Below are positions 13,119-24,999 of a DNA stretch of 64,000 bases, piece by piece. Both the position numbers and the translations under genes were made by a program. Position 1 is the stretch's first letter. Every line of letters starts with the position of its first letter. Source of the stretch: Chiloscyllium plagiosum. Taxonomy: Eukaryota. The notes below the pieces were generated by a model. It was not told the origin of the DNA, made no database searches, and saw nothing but the letters and a program-made list of their open reading frames with translations. Location of the stretch: contig NC_057735.1 of NCBI RefSeq assembly GCF_004010195.1, forward strand, positions 52,216,018-52,280,017, given 5' to 3'.

Positions 13119-13824
13119 CTCATTTACCTTCCCTTGCAACCGCAGGAGGTGCAACACTTGCGCCCACACACCTTCCCTTGCAACCGCAGGAGGTGCAACA
13201 CTTGCGACCACACCTCCCCCCTCACTTCTCTCCAAGGCCCCAAAGGAAACTTCCACATCCGCCACAGATTCACCTGCACCTCCACCCACATCATCTACTG
13301 CATCCGCTGCAGCCGGTGTGGCCTCCTCTATATTGGGGAGACACGCCGCCTACTTGCGGAGCGATTCAGAGAGCACCCCTGGGCCACCCGGACGAACCAA
13401 CCCAACCAACCTGTGGCACAGCATTTCAACCCCCCCTCCCACTCCACCGAGGATATGCAGGCCATTCGACTCATCCACCGCCAAACCACAACAACCCGAC
13501 GGTCGGAGGAGGAGCATCTTATCTTCCGACTGGGAACCCTCCAACCACAGGGGATGAACTTGGACTTCACCAGTTTCTTCATCCCCCCTCCCCCCACCTT
13601 GTCTCAGCCGAATCCCTCCAGCCCAGCACCGCCTTCCTGACCTGCAGTCTTCTTGCACTCCCTCGCCACTGACCCTCCGACAGTGCGACACTCCCTGAAG
13701 AAGGGCCTGTGCCCGAAACGTCGAATCTCCTGTTCCCTGGATGCTGCCTGACCTGCTGTGCTGTTCCAGCAATAAAGTTTCAACTTTGATCTCCAGCATC
13801 TGCAGACCTCAGTTTCTCCTCGAA
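13119..13824 (+). mobile_element. Penelope-like element 3' part with GIY-YIG endonuclease
   Basis: CNRRRCNTC...HIIYCIRCSRCGLLYIGETRRLLAERFREH; 12-bp TSD GATCTCATGAAT (13107 and 13825); 37-bp duplication at the 5' end. Confidence 0.9.
13690..13728 (+). ncRNA. Minimal hammerhead ribozyme motif in a Penelope terminal repeat
   Basis: CTGAAGA-AGGGC-CTGT-GCCC-GAAAC-GTC matches the CUGANGA / stem II / GAAA / GUC core. Confidence 0.75.
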
Positions 13825-14163
13825 GATCTCATGAATGGACGAGCATTCTAGAGGGAGCACAGTGTCTCCTTCAGCTTCTAAATTTGCTGTGTTCACATGT
13901 TCTTTAGGCAGTATGGCCCGAAACTGCATTGGTCTGTTCTTCAGATTATTATTTCAAGCAGAATTGCTAAATAGTCTTTGTCAATGATCTTTTAAAGCCA
14001 CAAAACGTGTGTGTTTAGTGTACAGCGGAATTGAAAGGTTATTCGTGATTAATTATATCACAGTCATGGCATTTTCGCTCAATAGCAAGAATTAGATTAT
14101 ACTTTTGAAATTCTATTTATATTTTTGTGACTTGTAAACTTTTTAAAGACATGATATAGCGGA

Positions 14164-14410
14164 GCCAGTGTTGGAATGGGGTGAACAAATTTTTAAAACA
14201 TCACAACAACAGGTAAAGTCCAACAGGATTATTTGGAAGCTTCGCACTCTAGAAATATTCAATACATCAGTTCAGTTGCATGACACTGATCTTTTTCCAT
14301 AAATTCTGGATCTTATGATCCTGTTCCACAGCTACCTGATGCGCCGAAAGCTAATGCTTCCAAATAAACCTGTTGGACTAAAATTTGGTGTTGTCTTATT
14401 TTAAAATTTT
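14164..14410. mobile_element. Inverted pair of Penelope-like terminal repeats
   Basis: GTCCAACAGGATTATTTGGAAGC ... GCTTCCAAATAAACCTGTTGGAC; remnant CTGATG...GAAA core. Confidence 0.6.
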
Positions 14411-15548
14411 GTTCAAAGCTGGACCTTGTGTTCGAAGTAGATAACTGACTTCTGAATTTGGAATGTAAGGCATGGATTAGTTTAAATCTTCAATTATGTG
14501 TAAGTAAATATCGTGCCCTAAAGGTAACTTCATTTTCCCTTCATTTCCAAAACCTTTGCGATCTGCTTTTCAACATAATATTCGGCTTTATAAAAGTTCA
14601 ATACGCATGCTGTTTGCATTCAATGTGAAAACTGTAGCGGTTTACTGTCACCAACCATGTAAACAGTGCAAAAACAATGTAGAAACCAGAAACAACTTCA
14701 CCAATATAACAAATTTAATGTCGCCCAAGCACATTCTCTCCTCAAAAAGAACAAAGAACATTAAGTTACAACACTGAGGAACAACGATGTATTTGCAGCA
14801 GAACTAACTCTGCAAACATTTTCAACAGAATCAAGAACATAAATCTAACCACAAAACAATCCCAAACTGGAATCCAAAAACACTGCTTACCATCAAACAA
14901 GCTAATGAAAAATATTGAATAGAAACAAGGAGTCATATCAGCAGCCTTGTTTGTGAGTCAACTTATTTAAAAAACACTAAGTTTTAATGTTTTCAGCAAC
15001 AATTCAATTTATTTCCAACCCGTACACCTTTCCTGATCATTTCAATCTTGTGTAATGCACAGTAAAGCAGTTAAAGGCATTTACTGATTAATCACTAAAA
15101 TCAAACAAAATGATTTCAATGGACAAACATTACCATTATAATCGTATGATAAGTTTAGTCTCAATTACGAAACCTGATGAATTCAGCAGTTTAATACTTT
15201 AGTCCCAAATTTCATATGAATGTGGCCAGACAAAACAGACTTTACTTAATTTACAATTAGAACGGATATATTTTTTAAAAATGTCAATGCATTAAAAAGT
15301 CTAGTTCATTTCTCACACTTCCGTGCTTCTGCCTTAATTTGGTACTCAGTTACAAATGGATACAACATTTTTCAATCAATCAAAAAAAAATCGCCACGAG
15401 AGTTTAACAAAGCAGAAATGATTCAGGACAAATAAAGAACTTCACAAATATTCGTTATTAAAAGTCATCCAGACACATACACACTGCAAAAAAAAAACGC
15501 CAATTACTGAAAGCATGAAACGCAGTTCAATTCCTGAAATTGATTAAA

Positions 15549-15750
15549 AATCCAATCAACTCAATTCAACAGAATCATATAAAATAAAATCAGATTCCAA
15601 TCAACAAAACAACAGAATTAAATGAAAGAGAATCAGAATCGAATCAACTCAATGTAACAGTATCACATAAAACAAATTCAAAATCCAATCAATGCTGCTC
15701 AACAGAATCAAATAAAACAAACTCTGAATTCAATCAACAGAATGAAATAT
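15549..15750. repeat. Degenerate ~45-bp minisatellite in the J-C intron
   Basis: About 4-5 copies of AATCCAATCAACTCAATTCAACAGAATCATATAAAATAAAATCAG. Confidence 0.75.
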
Positions 15751-16242
15751 AACACTGCAAGAAAGTTTCATGACAGAATCTAATGTGCTTGACATCAACC
15801 AAATTAATAAACTGAATGACAAACTACAATCACGGTAAGAAAATTATGTATATGTAGAATAGATTCAAGAAATTAATATTGATATTTTAGCATAGTTGAT
15901 CATGTTTGGTAATATTTCGAACATCTTTAAATTCTTAGCATTTGCTGACAATAATAAAACTCAGAGTGGGTGTCACTGACATTAAACATTATTTCTACCT
16001 TACTGCTTAAGATACTGTTGGCGTTTCAATTAACCCAGCCACACAGATTCACAGAGCAGTTGACTCCCTCACCACCATTTAGTTATTTGCTGAGACTTAA
16101 ATTAATTTTATAATCAGTTTTAACAAAAATCAATTACAACCAAATCAAGCTCAGCACAGAACATGTGTTTCATTTAATTCAGGAATTATTACCATGAATA
16201 GAAAGTTAAAAGAAATTCATCAAGGAAGTTCAAGTTTCTTGC

Positions 16243-16290
16243 CTGCAGTTCCCGTCACCATGGTCCCTTGGCCCCAGCAAGGAAGGTAGT
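16243..16290 (-). CDS. JH segment
   Basis: YLPCWGQGTMVTGTA (WGxG motif); donor reads G|GCAAGA rather than GT. Confidence 0.9.
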
Positions 16291-16329
16291 CACAGTGTTA
16301 CATTCTCTGAAGTGGTTCACACAATAACG
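16291..16329 (+). promoter_or_regulatory. JH recombination signal sequence, 23-bp spacer
   Basis: CACAGTG (16291-16297) + 23 nt + ACAATAACG, directly abutting JH. Confidence 0.92.
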
Positions 16330-16658
16330 GGCTCGACAAATAAAAAAAATCTACCATTATTTTAAATATTTCTTACCACAAGCAAAATAAATTCACGATA
16401 AATCTTCATCACATTACGATTGTGCTAGTGAATACTGATCACTCTTGATAAATGATATTCACTAGCACAGTCTTGATAAATGATTATAATGATTTATACT
16501 TCACAGAGTAACACGAGCTGGACCTCAAAATCACCAACTGGTGCATCAATAATTTACAAATTAAACTGTGATATTTACATCATATCCCACAGAAGAAATG
16601 CAAGTTAAGAGGTTTGGAGAAGTAAACATTGACTGGTTTCAACAGCAAGGGCTGAACG

Positions 16659-16686
16659 GGCTATTATATTGATCATAATTGCAGTG
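16659..16686 (-). promoter_or_regulatory. D 3' recombination signal sequence, 12-bp spacer (degenerate)
   Basis: CACTGCA + ATTATGATCAAT (12 nt) + ATAATAGCC. Confidence 0.75.
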
Positions 16687-16706
16687 ACACTCCAGTCACA
16701 CGTACG
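16687..16706 (-). other. VH-D junction plus D segment, pre-joined to VH
   Basis: CGTACGTGTGACTGGAGTGT sits between the end of VH and a 12-RSS; the frame reads [10 protein letters not shown]. Confidence 0.8.
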
Positions 16707-17010
16707 TCTCTTGCACAGTAATAGATGGCGGTGTCTTCGATCTTCAGGGTCTTCATGTTCAACGCGAAGATATTTTTCGAAGTGTTGTTGGACGCAGTAA
16801 ATCGATCCTTAATCGCTGGGGCATAGTCATTGCTGGATGAACTGTAGTAGTGAAGCAGCCACTCCAGGCTCTGTCTGGGAACCTGTCTGAGCAAGTACAT
16901 ATAGCAGTTACCAAGATCAATACCACTAGTTTCACAGGTCAGTTTCTGAGTGCCTCCGGGGCGGCCGCTCTCTGCCTCTGGTTGAGTCAAAATAACCTCC
17001 GACTGGATAC
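16707..17010 (-). CDS. IgM VH exon (open frame, conserved FR2 Trp replaced by Leu)
   Basis: [29 protein letters not shown]...YMYLLRQVP...[12 protein letters not shown]...[14 protein letters not shown]. Both Cys are present, WVRQ reads LLRQ, and no RSS follows TGTGCAAGAGA. Confidence 0.93.
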
Positions 17011-17118
17011 CTTTAAAAAGAAAACAAAATGCTGATGAAATGACACCTGAGTCTTTTACATTCCTGGGGTAGACGAACATTGACTCAGTGACAAAGAGAG
17101 ATGAACAAAAACACTCAC

Positions 17119-17167
17119 ATGAAAAGAAAGTCACTAACAAACTGAGAAACATTGTTGACATAATCAT
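17119..17167 (-). CDS. IgM VH leader exon
   Basis: [16 protein letters not shown] followed by a phase-1 GTGAGT donor; 108-bp intron (17011-17118) ends in TTTTTAAAG. Confidence 0.9.
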
Positions 17168-17253
17168 TCTGCTAACTTGTGGAAAGCGGTTCTGACAAGA
17201 CCTTTCTAAACAAACCAGATTTAGGAGTATCGAATGACGGTCCAGTGACCAGG

Positions 17254-17260
17254 ATTTATA
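17254..17260 (-). promoter_or_regulatory. Candidate VH TATA box
   Basis: TATAAAT about 87 bp upstream of the leader ATG, with an E-box at 17292-17297. No ATGCAAAT octamer seen nearby. Confidence 0.45.
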
Positions 17261-18902
17261 TGGCCATCAGAAGGGGCAGGCTTACATGTTCCACCTGTTG
17301 GTTTCCTGGTATCACCTTGCACAGCCCTAAACGATGGGCTCATATATTTATACGAGATATTTTCGTAAACATGGATGTACACACATCTTGGGAATAGCTT
17401 GTTTGGAAGTGTTTTTTAATGGTGAAAGTGAAATTGAAAAGTTTGAGGTCTGTTTCAGATGATAGTTTAAATGTTAGCTCTCTTTATTTCAACATTCATT
17501 CACAAGCAGATAAAACTAAAATCAAAGATATTATTATCCAAGAAAATAACTAACTTTTCTTCTGGACTCTCCAAGTCTCCGTCACATGTAACTCATAAGG
17601 GACGTGTCTAAATTCAATTAAGGCAAGTGAATACAGAGAGTGTCCAAAGTGATTATGTTTAGAATATTCAATTAGAAATTAACTCCCTTTAATTCTACAT
17701 TCAACCACAAGCAGATAGAGATAAAAAGGAGTGCAATTAATTTATCAGACAATAAAATTACTGACTTTATGTTCGCTAACATTCAAGATTTCTCTCACAT
17801 TACAAAATAACATATAATTTCTAATGGGCGTTTCTAGATTCAATCTTGGCAGCCCAATATGAAGATATCTAAAGTGATTGTGTTCATAATGTGGGTGCAT
17901 TAAACAGTTTGGACCGGGAGATTAGAAGAAATTCTTCACATTGCAGAATATCTGTCTTTGTATCTTTTTCAACCCTAAGATTTGAAAATGCATAGTGAAG
18001 GAAAACTGTGTGCCTGATCAATAAAAAGTGAATTGACAGTGATACATAACACTCAATAAACTTGTGAAAGAGAATCTAATGAACTGAAGCAGGCCGGTTG
18101 ATAAGTTAAAAAAAACACCAACATCCAAATCTTTGGAAGCAATTGTGTGGATATATCAGGAGTGTCTGGCAACTTACGGAGTATTAAAATAATAAGTTCT
18201 GTAGATGTAGGTCATAAACTGCACATTTCTCTACTCTTTGGTGGCTATGACAATGTTTGTTAATTAATTGAAAGCAGCAAAAAATAACCATTACATTACA
18301 CCAGTATAAAGGTCCCACTCAATTGTTATGAGATGCATTAATCAGAGAATGGTGCAACAAGTTATGCAAGTTCAATTCAAGTTTGTTAATTTACTTTCAG
18401 ATGATTACAAATGTTACTGCAATGTGGGAGTTTGAATCCATTAACTTTATATTCAGGAAGGATAATGAATAAACACGCTTAACTAACTAGAATGACCTTT
18501 AGGTGAAAGTAACAGAAATTTCTGGCCTGCAATCAATTTCCTGTTTTCTGATTGTCACACAGTGAACACTGTATTCAGCGACCTTCCCAGTTAAAGAAGA
18601 AATGCCAAGCGAAATGTGTCCATTGTGGGTAAATGGGAAAAATATAGTTTGCTTGCTTAGATTTTATTTAATGGGGTTCATGCTCCCTTTTAATCTGCCA
18701 GATACAATAGTTGGCAACAATTAAGCTGACTGCAGAAATGGTCCTCGAGTTCTCAATTTCATTTACCGGAAGCATCTGAAGTTTCTGCAGTAGATCAAAG
18801 ATATTGCCTATGGCAATACTAGTTTGAAAATGTCTGATCTTGGAAGCTAAGCAGTATTTGGGTAGGAAACCACCTGGGAACACCAGGTACTATAGGCTCT
18901 AG

Positions 18903-19240
18903 GGCAGGTACGGTGGACTCAGTGGTTAGCACCGCTGCCTCACAGCGCCAGGGACCCAGTTTCAATTCCGGCTTCGGGAGACTGTCTGTGTGGAGTTTGT
19001 GCATTCTCCCCGCATCTGCGTAGATTTCCTCTGGGGTTCTCTGGTTTCCTCCCATGATCCAGAGATGTGGAGCTTTGGTGAATTGGCCATGCTAAATTGT
19101 CCATAATGTTCAAAGATGTGTAGGTTAGGTACATTAATCAGGGGAACTGTAGGGTAATGGGTCTGGGCGGAATACTCTTCGAAGGGGCGGTGTGGATTTG
19201 ACAGGCCTTTTCTGCACTGTAGGAATTCTAATTCTAATAT
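18903..19240 (+). mobile_element. HE1-type V-SINE (older)
   Basis: Same head and V-domain, more diverged. Confidence 0.85.
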
Positions 19241-19494
19241 CTTGTCTCCTGTTGACCATTTGCCAGAAAGCCAACATCAAACCATAATCAAACCACTGCC
19301 TCCGGTTAAACAGATCCACTCAGCAACAATGTTGACTGAAATATTATTCTTGAGTTGTATAACTTGAAGAGGTAGTCCCTTCTCTTATTAATGGAAATAT
19401 TTGTGGAATCTCTGACATACTCGAAACATTAACAGTTCACTGGAGAATCACTATAGCGCTCTATCATATTGAGAAAAAAATAAGCAGATAGTTA

Positions 19495-19890
19495 GTCATG
19501 GAGTGAACAGCGGGAAAATAGTCCTTTCAGTCCAACCCGGCCATGCAGACCATAACCCAAATCAAACTAATCCCAACTGTGTGCACTTGGCCCATATCCT
19601 CCCAAACATGTCTTTTAAAAGATGTATCTGTACCCACACCCAACTCTTCCTCTGGAAGTTCATTCCACGCATGAATCATTCTCTGTGAAAAAATGTTGCC
19701 TCTGATATCTTTTTAACTTTTTTATCCTCTCACCTTAAAATATGTCACATACTCTTGAAATCCTCCCCCCCCCCTCCCCCCTCCACCCACCACTCTAGGG
19801 AAAAGACATTTGCCGTTCACCTTACAAACTCATGTGAGCTCATCTCTCGAACTCTTACGTTCTAGTGAAAGAAAAAAGTTCCAGTCTATC
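19495..19890 (-). mobile_element. CR1 LINE 3' fragment
   Basis: Similarity to the 26287-26673 tail. Confidence 0.65.
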
Positions 19891-21842
19891 TGGATTGCCA
19901 AAAGTGACTCAGTTCCCCCACACTCTCCATATTGTTAAACTAAAGATCGTCCTTCCACCCCGGGTCACATATAGCGTCCATTGATTCAAAGCATTAAAAG
20001 AGAGTTGTCCTTTCTGTATTGTTCAATTTTATTTTGCTTCAAACACCATCAAACAAAAATAGATCCCCATGTCATTGCTGATTTATGGAATCGACTGGAC
20101 AGTGTCGACTGAAATACCAACAGTACCATCCTGAACGTACTTTGCAGGTTCACCTCTTGCTCAAAAACGCAATGAGACGCCAGAGAACAGTGAACACCCT
20201 CTCCGTTACATCCCCCCTCCCCCTTATACTTTGATCCGTGTGAAAACCATGTTGCCAACAATGGTCAAAGGACAGTGTTTTTTTTTTTAACTTGCTTAAT
20301 TCATGTCTCTGATGATGGTCGAATAAAGAAGTGTTGCTGCCAGCATTTCTGGGTAACATGTGTGCATTAATTTTCATGTTAGCTTCCTTTGAGAAATAAG
20401 TCAAGAATAGCTAAATGACTCGAGAAACAAAATATGGGAACACGTCATTAAATTCCTTAGGGCTGCACTAACTGTTTGAATAATGATATAGTTCTGCCTC
20501 TACTTTACCCCCACAAGCCAGCACTTACAGGATTGGAGATCATACCTGTTTTGATAATGGATTAGATCTTACAAAGTGTTCCCTAATGTAACAGCAGCTC
20601 ATTGTTTTTGCACTATTTTCATCATATTTAGATGTGAATACTCGGTAACGACAAGTAATTTCCACAGTTGCTGGAGGAATACTGTAGTTAATGCGATATT
20701 AGTTAACGTTAACAAAACAAAAAATAAGAACAACTACAATTTGGAATAAATGAAGACATCCACACAGACATACTCATGGTCACACACACACTCACTCACA
20801 GTCTCATCTAATCGCAGAATAATTGGTCACCTCATTACAGTCAAATTGTAAGTAATTTAGAATGAGTGTCGGTGGATCCTGCTAAGGCAGAAAGAAATCA
20901 GCACTAGCAAATTCTAGTTGCCTGGAATTGTTCATGTTGGAGCAGAGGAGGTTGAGGGATTTTTTTTTTGAGAAGCACATCAATGTCATATCCGGATGAA
21001 GTAGATGGGAAAAAAACTCTTTAGATTGGGTGGGAAAGTTCAGTGAATGAGGTGCTTACACATAAGTGTTTGGCTGCAAAATGACATGGAAGATTCAGGA
21101 AACTCAGTCCATGAAAGGTAGTAGATGCAGGAACACTCAAATCATTTAAAATGTGCTAGACTACTGTATATACTTCAAGTGCGAGAACCTGCAGGTTCCC
21201 GAACGATATGCTACAAAGTGTTGGCCGAAGGTTCTGTTTTCTGGTAGCATGCCCGATGGGCAAAGTGATCTCTCTCTGTCATGAAAACTTTCCACTGCAG
21301 GGGACTCTAAATCCATCCCTCCTACTTTGTTTAATTCAGAGGCTCTAATTCACATGATTTATATCATACATGATCCAAGCTTTCGTTTCAATTACATATC
21401 AATAAACTCCACCCAACACTCTGGTGATGTGGAAATTAATGGTCCGATTAATGGTCCCAGACACTGTTTGGGGCAACATCCCTTTGTTCAACTAAGGTCA
21501 GTAAAACAAATTAACAAAGTGAAAGGCACACACCATACTTTTATAGAAACCATCCAGTTTCATCTCCAACCAGACGCAACTTAAATTCAGAACATTGCGC
21601 AGAAGATAAATGAGCCCTCACAACACCTTGCTTGTTTTTTTGTGTGTGGAATAACACACGAAAGGTTAATTTAACCTGACTGATTTGCACTTCACAAGTT
21701 ATTTGTCAACGTCTCTCAACAGACATGCAAGCAACTTTCAGAAATCATGGATCAAAGGGGCATCTGTTTTTTTTGGAGTCAAGAAAGATCCACAGTGATA
21801 TTTTGCAGGTATAACTGTTTAGGCTTGAGACTGCTTCCATTA

Positions 21843-21937
21843 AATTCCTGATGAAGGGCTTATGCCCGAAATGTCAATTCTCCTGCTCCTCGGATGCTGC
21901 CTGACCTGCTGTGTTTTTCCAGCACCACACTCTCGAC
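21843..21937 (+). mobile_element. Penelope terminal repeat with hammerhead motif
   Basis: CTGATGAAGGGCTTATGCCCGAAATGTC followed by GGATGCTGCCTGACCTGCTG. Confidence 0.75.
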
Positions 21938-23049
21938 AGATATAGGTACAGAAAAGGCGATCTCTCCAAATATTGATTCTTTTACACTGACACACGGACA
22001 TACCTATCTGTACATAAAGAGTGTATCCGTTGCCTTTGTTTTGTTTATGAAATCGAGGAAATAAATCAAACACTGTGTTAGAGTGAGGAAGTGATGGATT
22101 CAGAAAAAAATCTAAAACTGGGAACATTAAATAAGAAGAGAGAATAACAAAATGCACAAGATCAAATACATTAAAAGGTGCAGTCGATGTGTCCCAGACT
22201 TTAGAGAATCGAATGAGTTTGTTACGTGGTCCAGAGGCTCGTCCAACGACTTCCTGGAACTGGACCATGAAACAGATGGACAGGTCGATTTGGTAAATGT
22301 CACTTCAATGTGATCATATACGGCCCCACGTATTCTGTATCCTGACACAGGCCACATTGGCAGATGTCTCCTCCTGATCGTGTCCCCTGGGTTTATTTTC
22401 TGATCAGAAGTGAGATGTGCTGCTTGATGCCGGCGCTTAGAAACAGGAAGTTGTGTGTCAGTTGAGAATGATAAACCAGGTGCCACTTTCCTGTTATCAA
22501 CACAGTCTTCCTGCCTGTGAGGGTGAACACACACTGACAACATTGAGAGCAAACGGCCAGATTACTGTTGGTCTTAACATTATGTTCAATTCCATTCCCA
22601 ATTACGAGAATGAAACATGAGAAACACAAGATTATTTAAACTATAGTGCATTAACTGTCAGAGAGATAAGGTGAGCGTTATCACCAGGCGAAAGCAGTTA
22701 AATGACAATAAGTAATTTCGCTCATTCACCTCAGTTTAAAAGTAGAAAGCTTTAGGCAAGTTGGGCGCTATCTCAGATAAAATGCAAAAAGACGTTGCAT
22801 CAGAAAGAACAGGTCTTTCTGCCTTGGAATGTTCCTTTGTTAATAGTTTGCTATTTTCTTTTTTTTCTTCCATTCATGTACAATATCAAGAAGAAACTTA
22901 AGATCTGAGAATGTGTGTGAGACAAATTTCTGAGAGAAAGAGAAGAGATTACGTGGTTTAGTAGATCTGGTGTTACATTTGATTAAATAATGATCCCATG
23001 TAGTCCTCTTTCGAATTCCTTCTGAGGTCACAAGTAGAGGGCACAAGAC

Positions 23050-24850
23050 TTATGTTCTTAAATTAAATAAGGACAATTCCGAAGATATGAAAACAGTACT
23101 ACTTAAACTGAGCGAGTACATCATTTAAAGGAATAGTTAATAACGGTGCAGTAACGGACATTAGATTAGATATTTCAGACTATACCGCAGAGATAATTTC
23201 TGTCGAGTGAGAAAACAAAACTCAAGGAAAACAGTCATGATCCATGGTTTAAAATTAAATAATAACACCAAATAAATGTAAATTTATATTATTGCACACT
23301 GATAGGTATTAAGTCAGAAATTGGATATATTTGGACAAGTTGAAGAATAAAAGTTTAAGAAGGAAACAAGTATCTGACTAAAAGTGAAAGTTAGCTAGCA
23401 AGATGAAATAGACAGTTAGAGATAGTACTGACATGCTTTCAACAATAGAGTTAACAATAATGATGTTGGTACTGTCGAAATTGAGTCAGTCAAACTAGTA
23501 ACCATAAGTAGATAGACAATTAATTGTACAGGTATGCTCCAGTCCAGTCGATAGAGGATATGTGTAACACATCAGAAATAGGTGGTAAATCGGGAAAATA
23601 AAAGGAGGTTAAGATAGAAACAAAATGACAATCGTCAGTGAAGTGTTCCTGAACAAATAGCTGGAGCTCCTTGTTGACAACCCGGGATCATGGTCAACTT
23701 CATGCACGGATATTAATAGATAAGCAACTCGAGAAATATTTCATACATTAGTTTTTCGCTTCCAAAATTTCCGAGGTTCAGGGAATGTTCCAGTAGATTG
23801 GAATATTGTGAATTGAAATTCATTATTAAAAAGGGGAGATATAGAAAGCAGAAAACTGCTTGTCAGTTAACATAGCTTCGGGCATGGGGAATATATTAGA
23901 AGCTATTTTTCGGAATTATCAAGCCCATCAGGTAAAATTAATATTACTTTGTAATGGGAAAATCATGCCTCCAGTTCATTGTAGGTTTTTGACGAATTGC
24001 CGCAGTTGATAAAGGAGGAGCAATACATGCATTGTACTTATTTACAGGAATCATAGAAACATAGGAAAATAGTGACCAGGAGTAGGCTATACACATCACT
24101 GAGTTTGTCCCGTGATTCAATAGAATCTTGGTTGATGAAAGTCTGCTGAACTTTCGCAGCATTCCCTCTCTGGTTGCCAAGGAAATTATGGGAAAAATAA
24201 ATCTAAGAGACAGCATTCATTAAAAGTCAGTTTTAAACATTAAAATTCAGCGTGGCTTTGGTGGAAGTGATATCATATCGGATATGGTTGATACTGTTTT
24301 CCGAGGAGGCAATGAGATGTGTGGTTAAGTGTAAAAAATGGATGCAATCCTTCCTAACTTCAATCAGATTTTTGACAAAATTTTGCACCTTCAATAAATT
24401 AAGAGCGCAGGGGATCCGGTGCAATTTGGGAAATGCATCTGAACTTTATTTGGTAGCAGAAGGCAGAGGGAAATGGTCGAAAGTACAGTTTGTGAAGAAA
24501 TCTTGTGTCTGGTGGTGTATTAAAATACTTTGGTACCGGATCCTTTGCTGATTGCAGTCAGATTAATGGTTTGGCCACGAAGTAGCACTTTTGATCAGTA
24601 AGTTCAAAGATGAGGCGAAAAATTTATGGCTTTGCAATTAACCAGGAAGAAAGCCTTAGAATACAACATTATATCGATGGCTTTGCTTGTGAGGCAGAAG
24701 AATTGAAAGTAGAATATTATCCTGAAGCCTGTGAAGTGAAGCGCTTTTAAGGACCATCACTTCAAGAGAATGTGCGAGGTATGGTTGGAACCTATAAAAT
24801 TCAAAGGATAAGCGGTCTTTTGCTGTGCATATCGACTTCACTGGGGGTGG
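23050..24850 (+). mobile_element. Highly decayed CR1-like LINE
   Basis: Remnant motifs (CCAGTAGATTGG, GGAAAATCATGCC, GATGAGGCGAAAA). Confidence 0.5.
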
Positions 24851-24999
24851 AGTGGGGGTGGAGGAGGCGATGGTCTCGAGGTTTTGTTGCTAGATTAGTA
24901 ATTCAGGAAACTCAGATCTAACTATAATTCAGGAGACTTGGGTCTAAGTCCCGCAGTGCTACTACATCAAGCTGTGAATTGTGGTGGTTAATTAAACAA

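Larger units (their letters stand above)
598..17167 (-). pseudogene. IGHM: Shark IgM heavy-chain minicluster (L-VD joined, J, CH1-CH4, TM1), pseudogenized
   Basis: Ordered leader, VH, D, JH, four C exons and a TM exon, each resembling shark mu sequences. Multiple disabling lesions are listed per exon. Confidence 0.92.

Noticed and set aside
598-17167. IgW, IgNAR or IgM1gj identity
   Set aside because: The VH and four C exons match shark mu. J is unjoined and CH2 is present, unlike IgM1gj.
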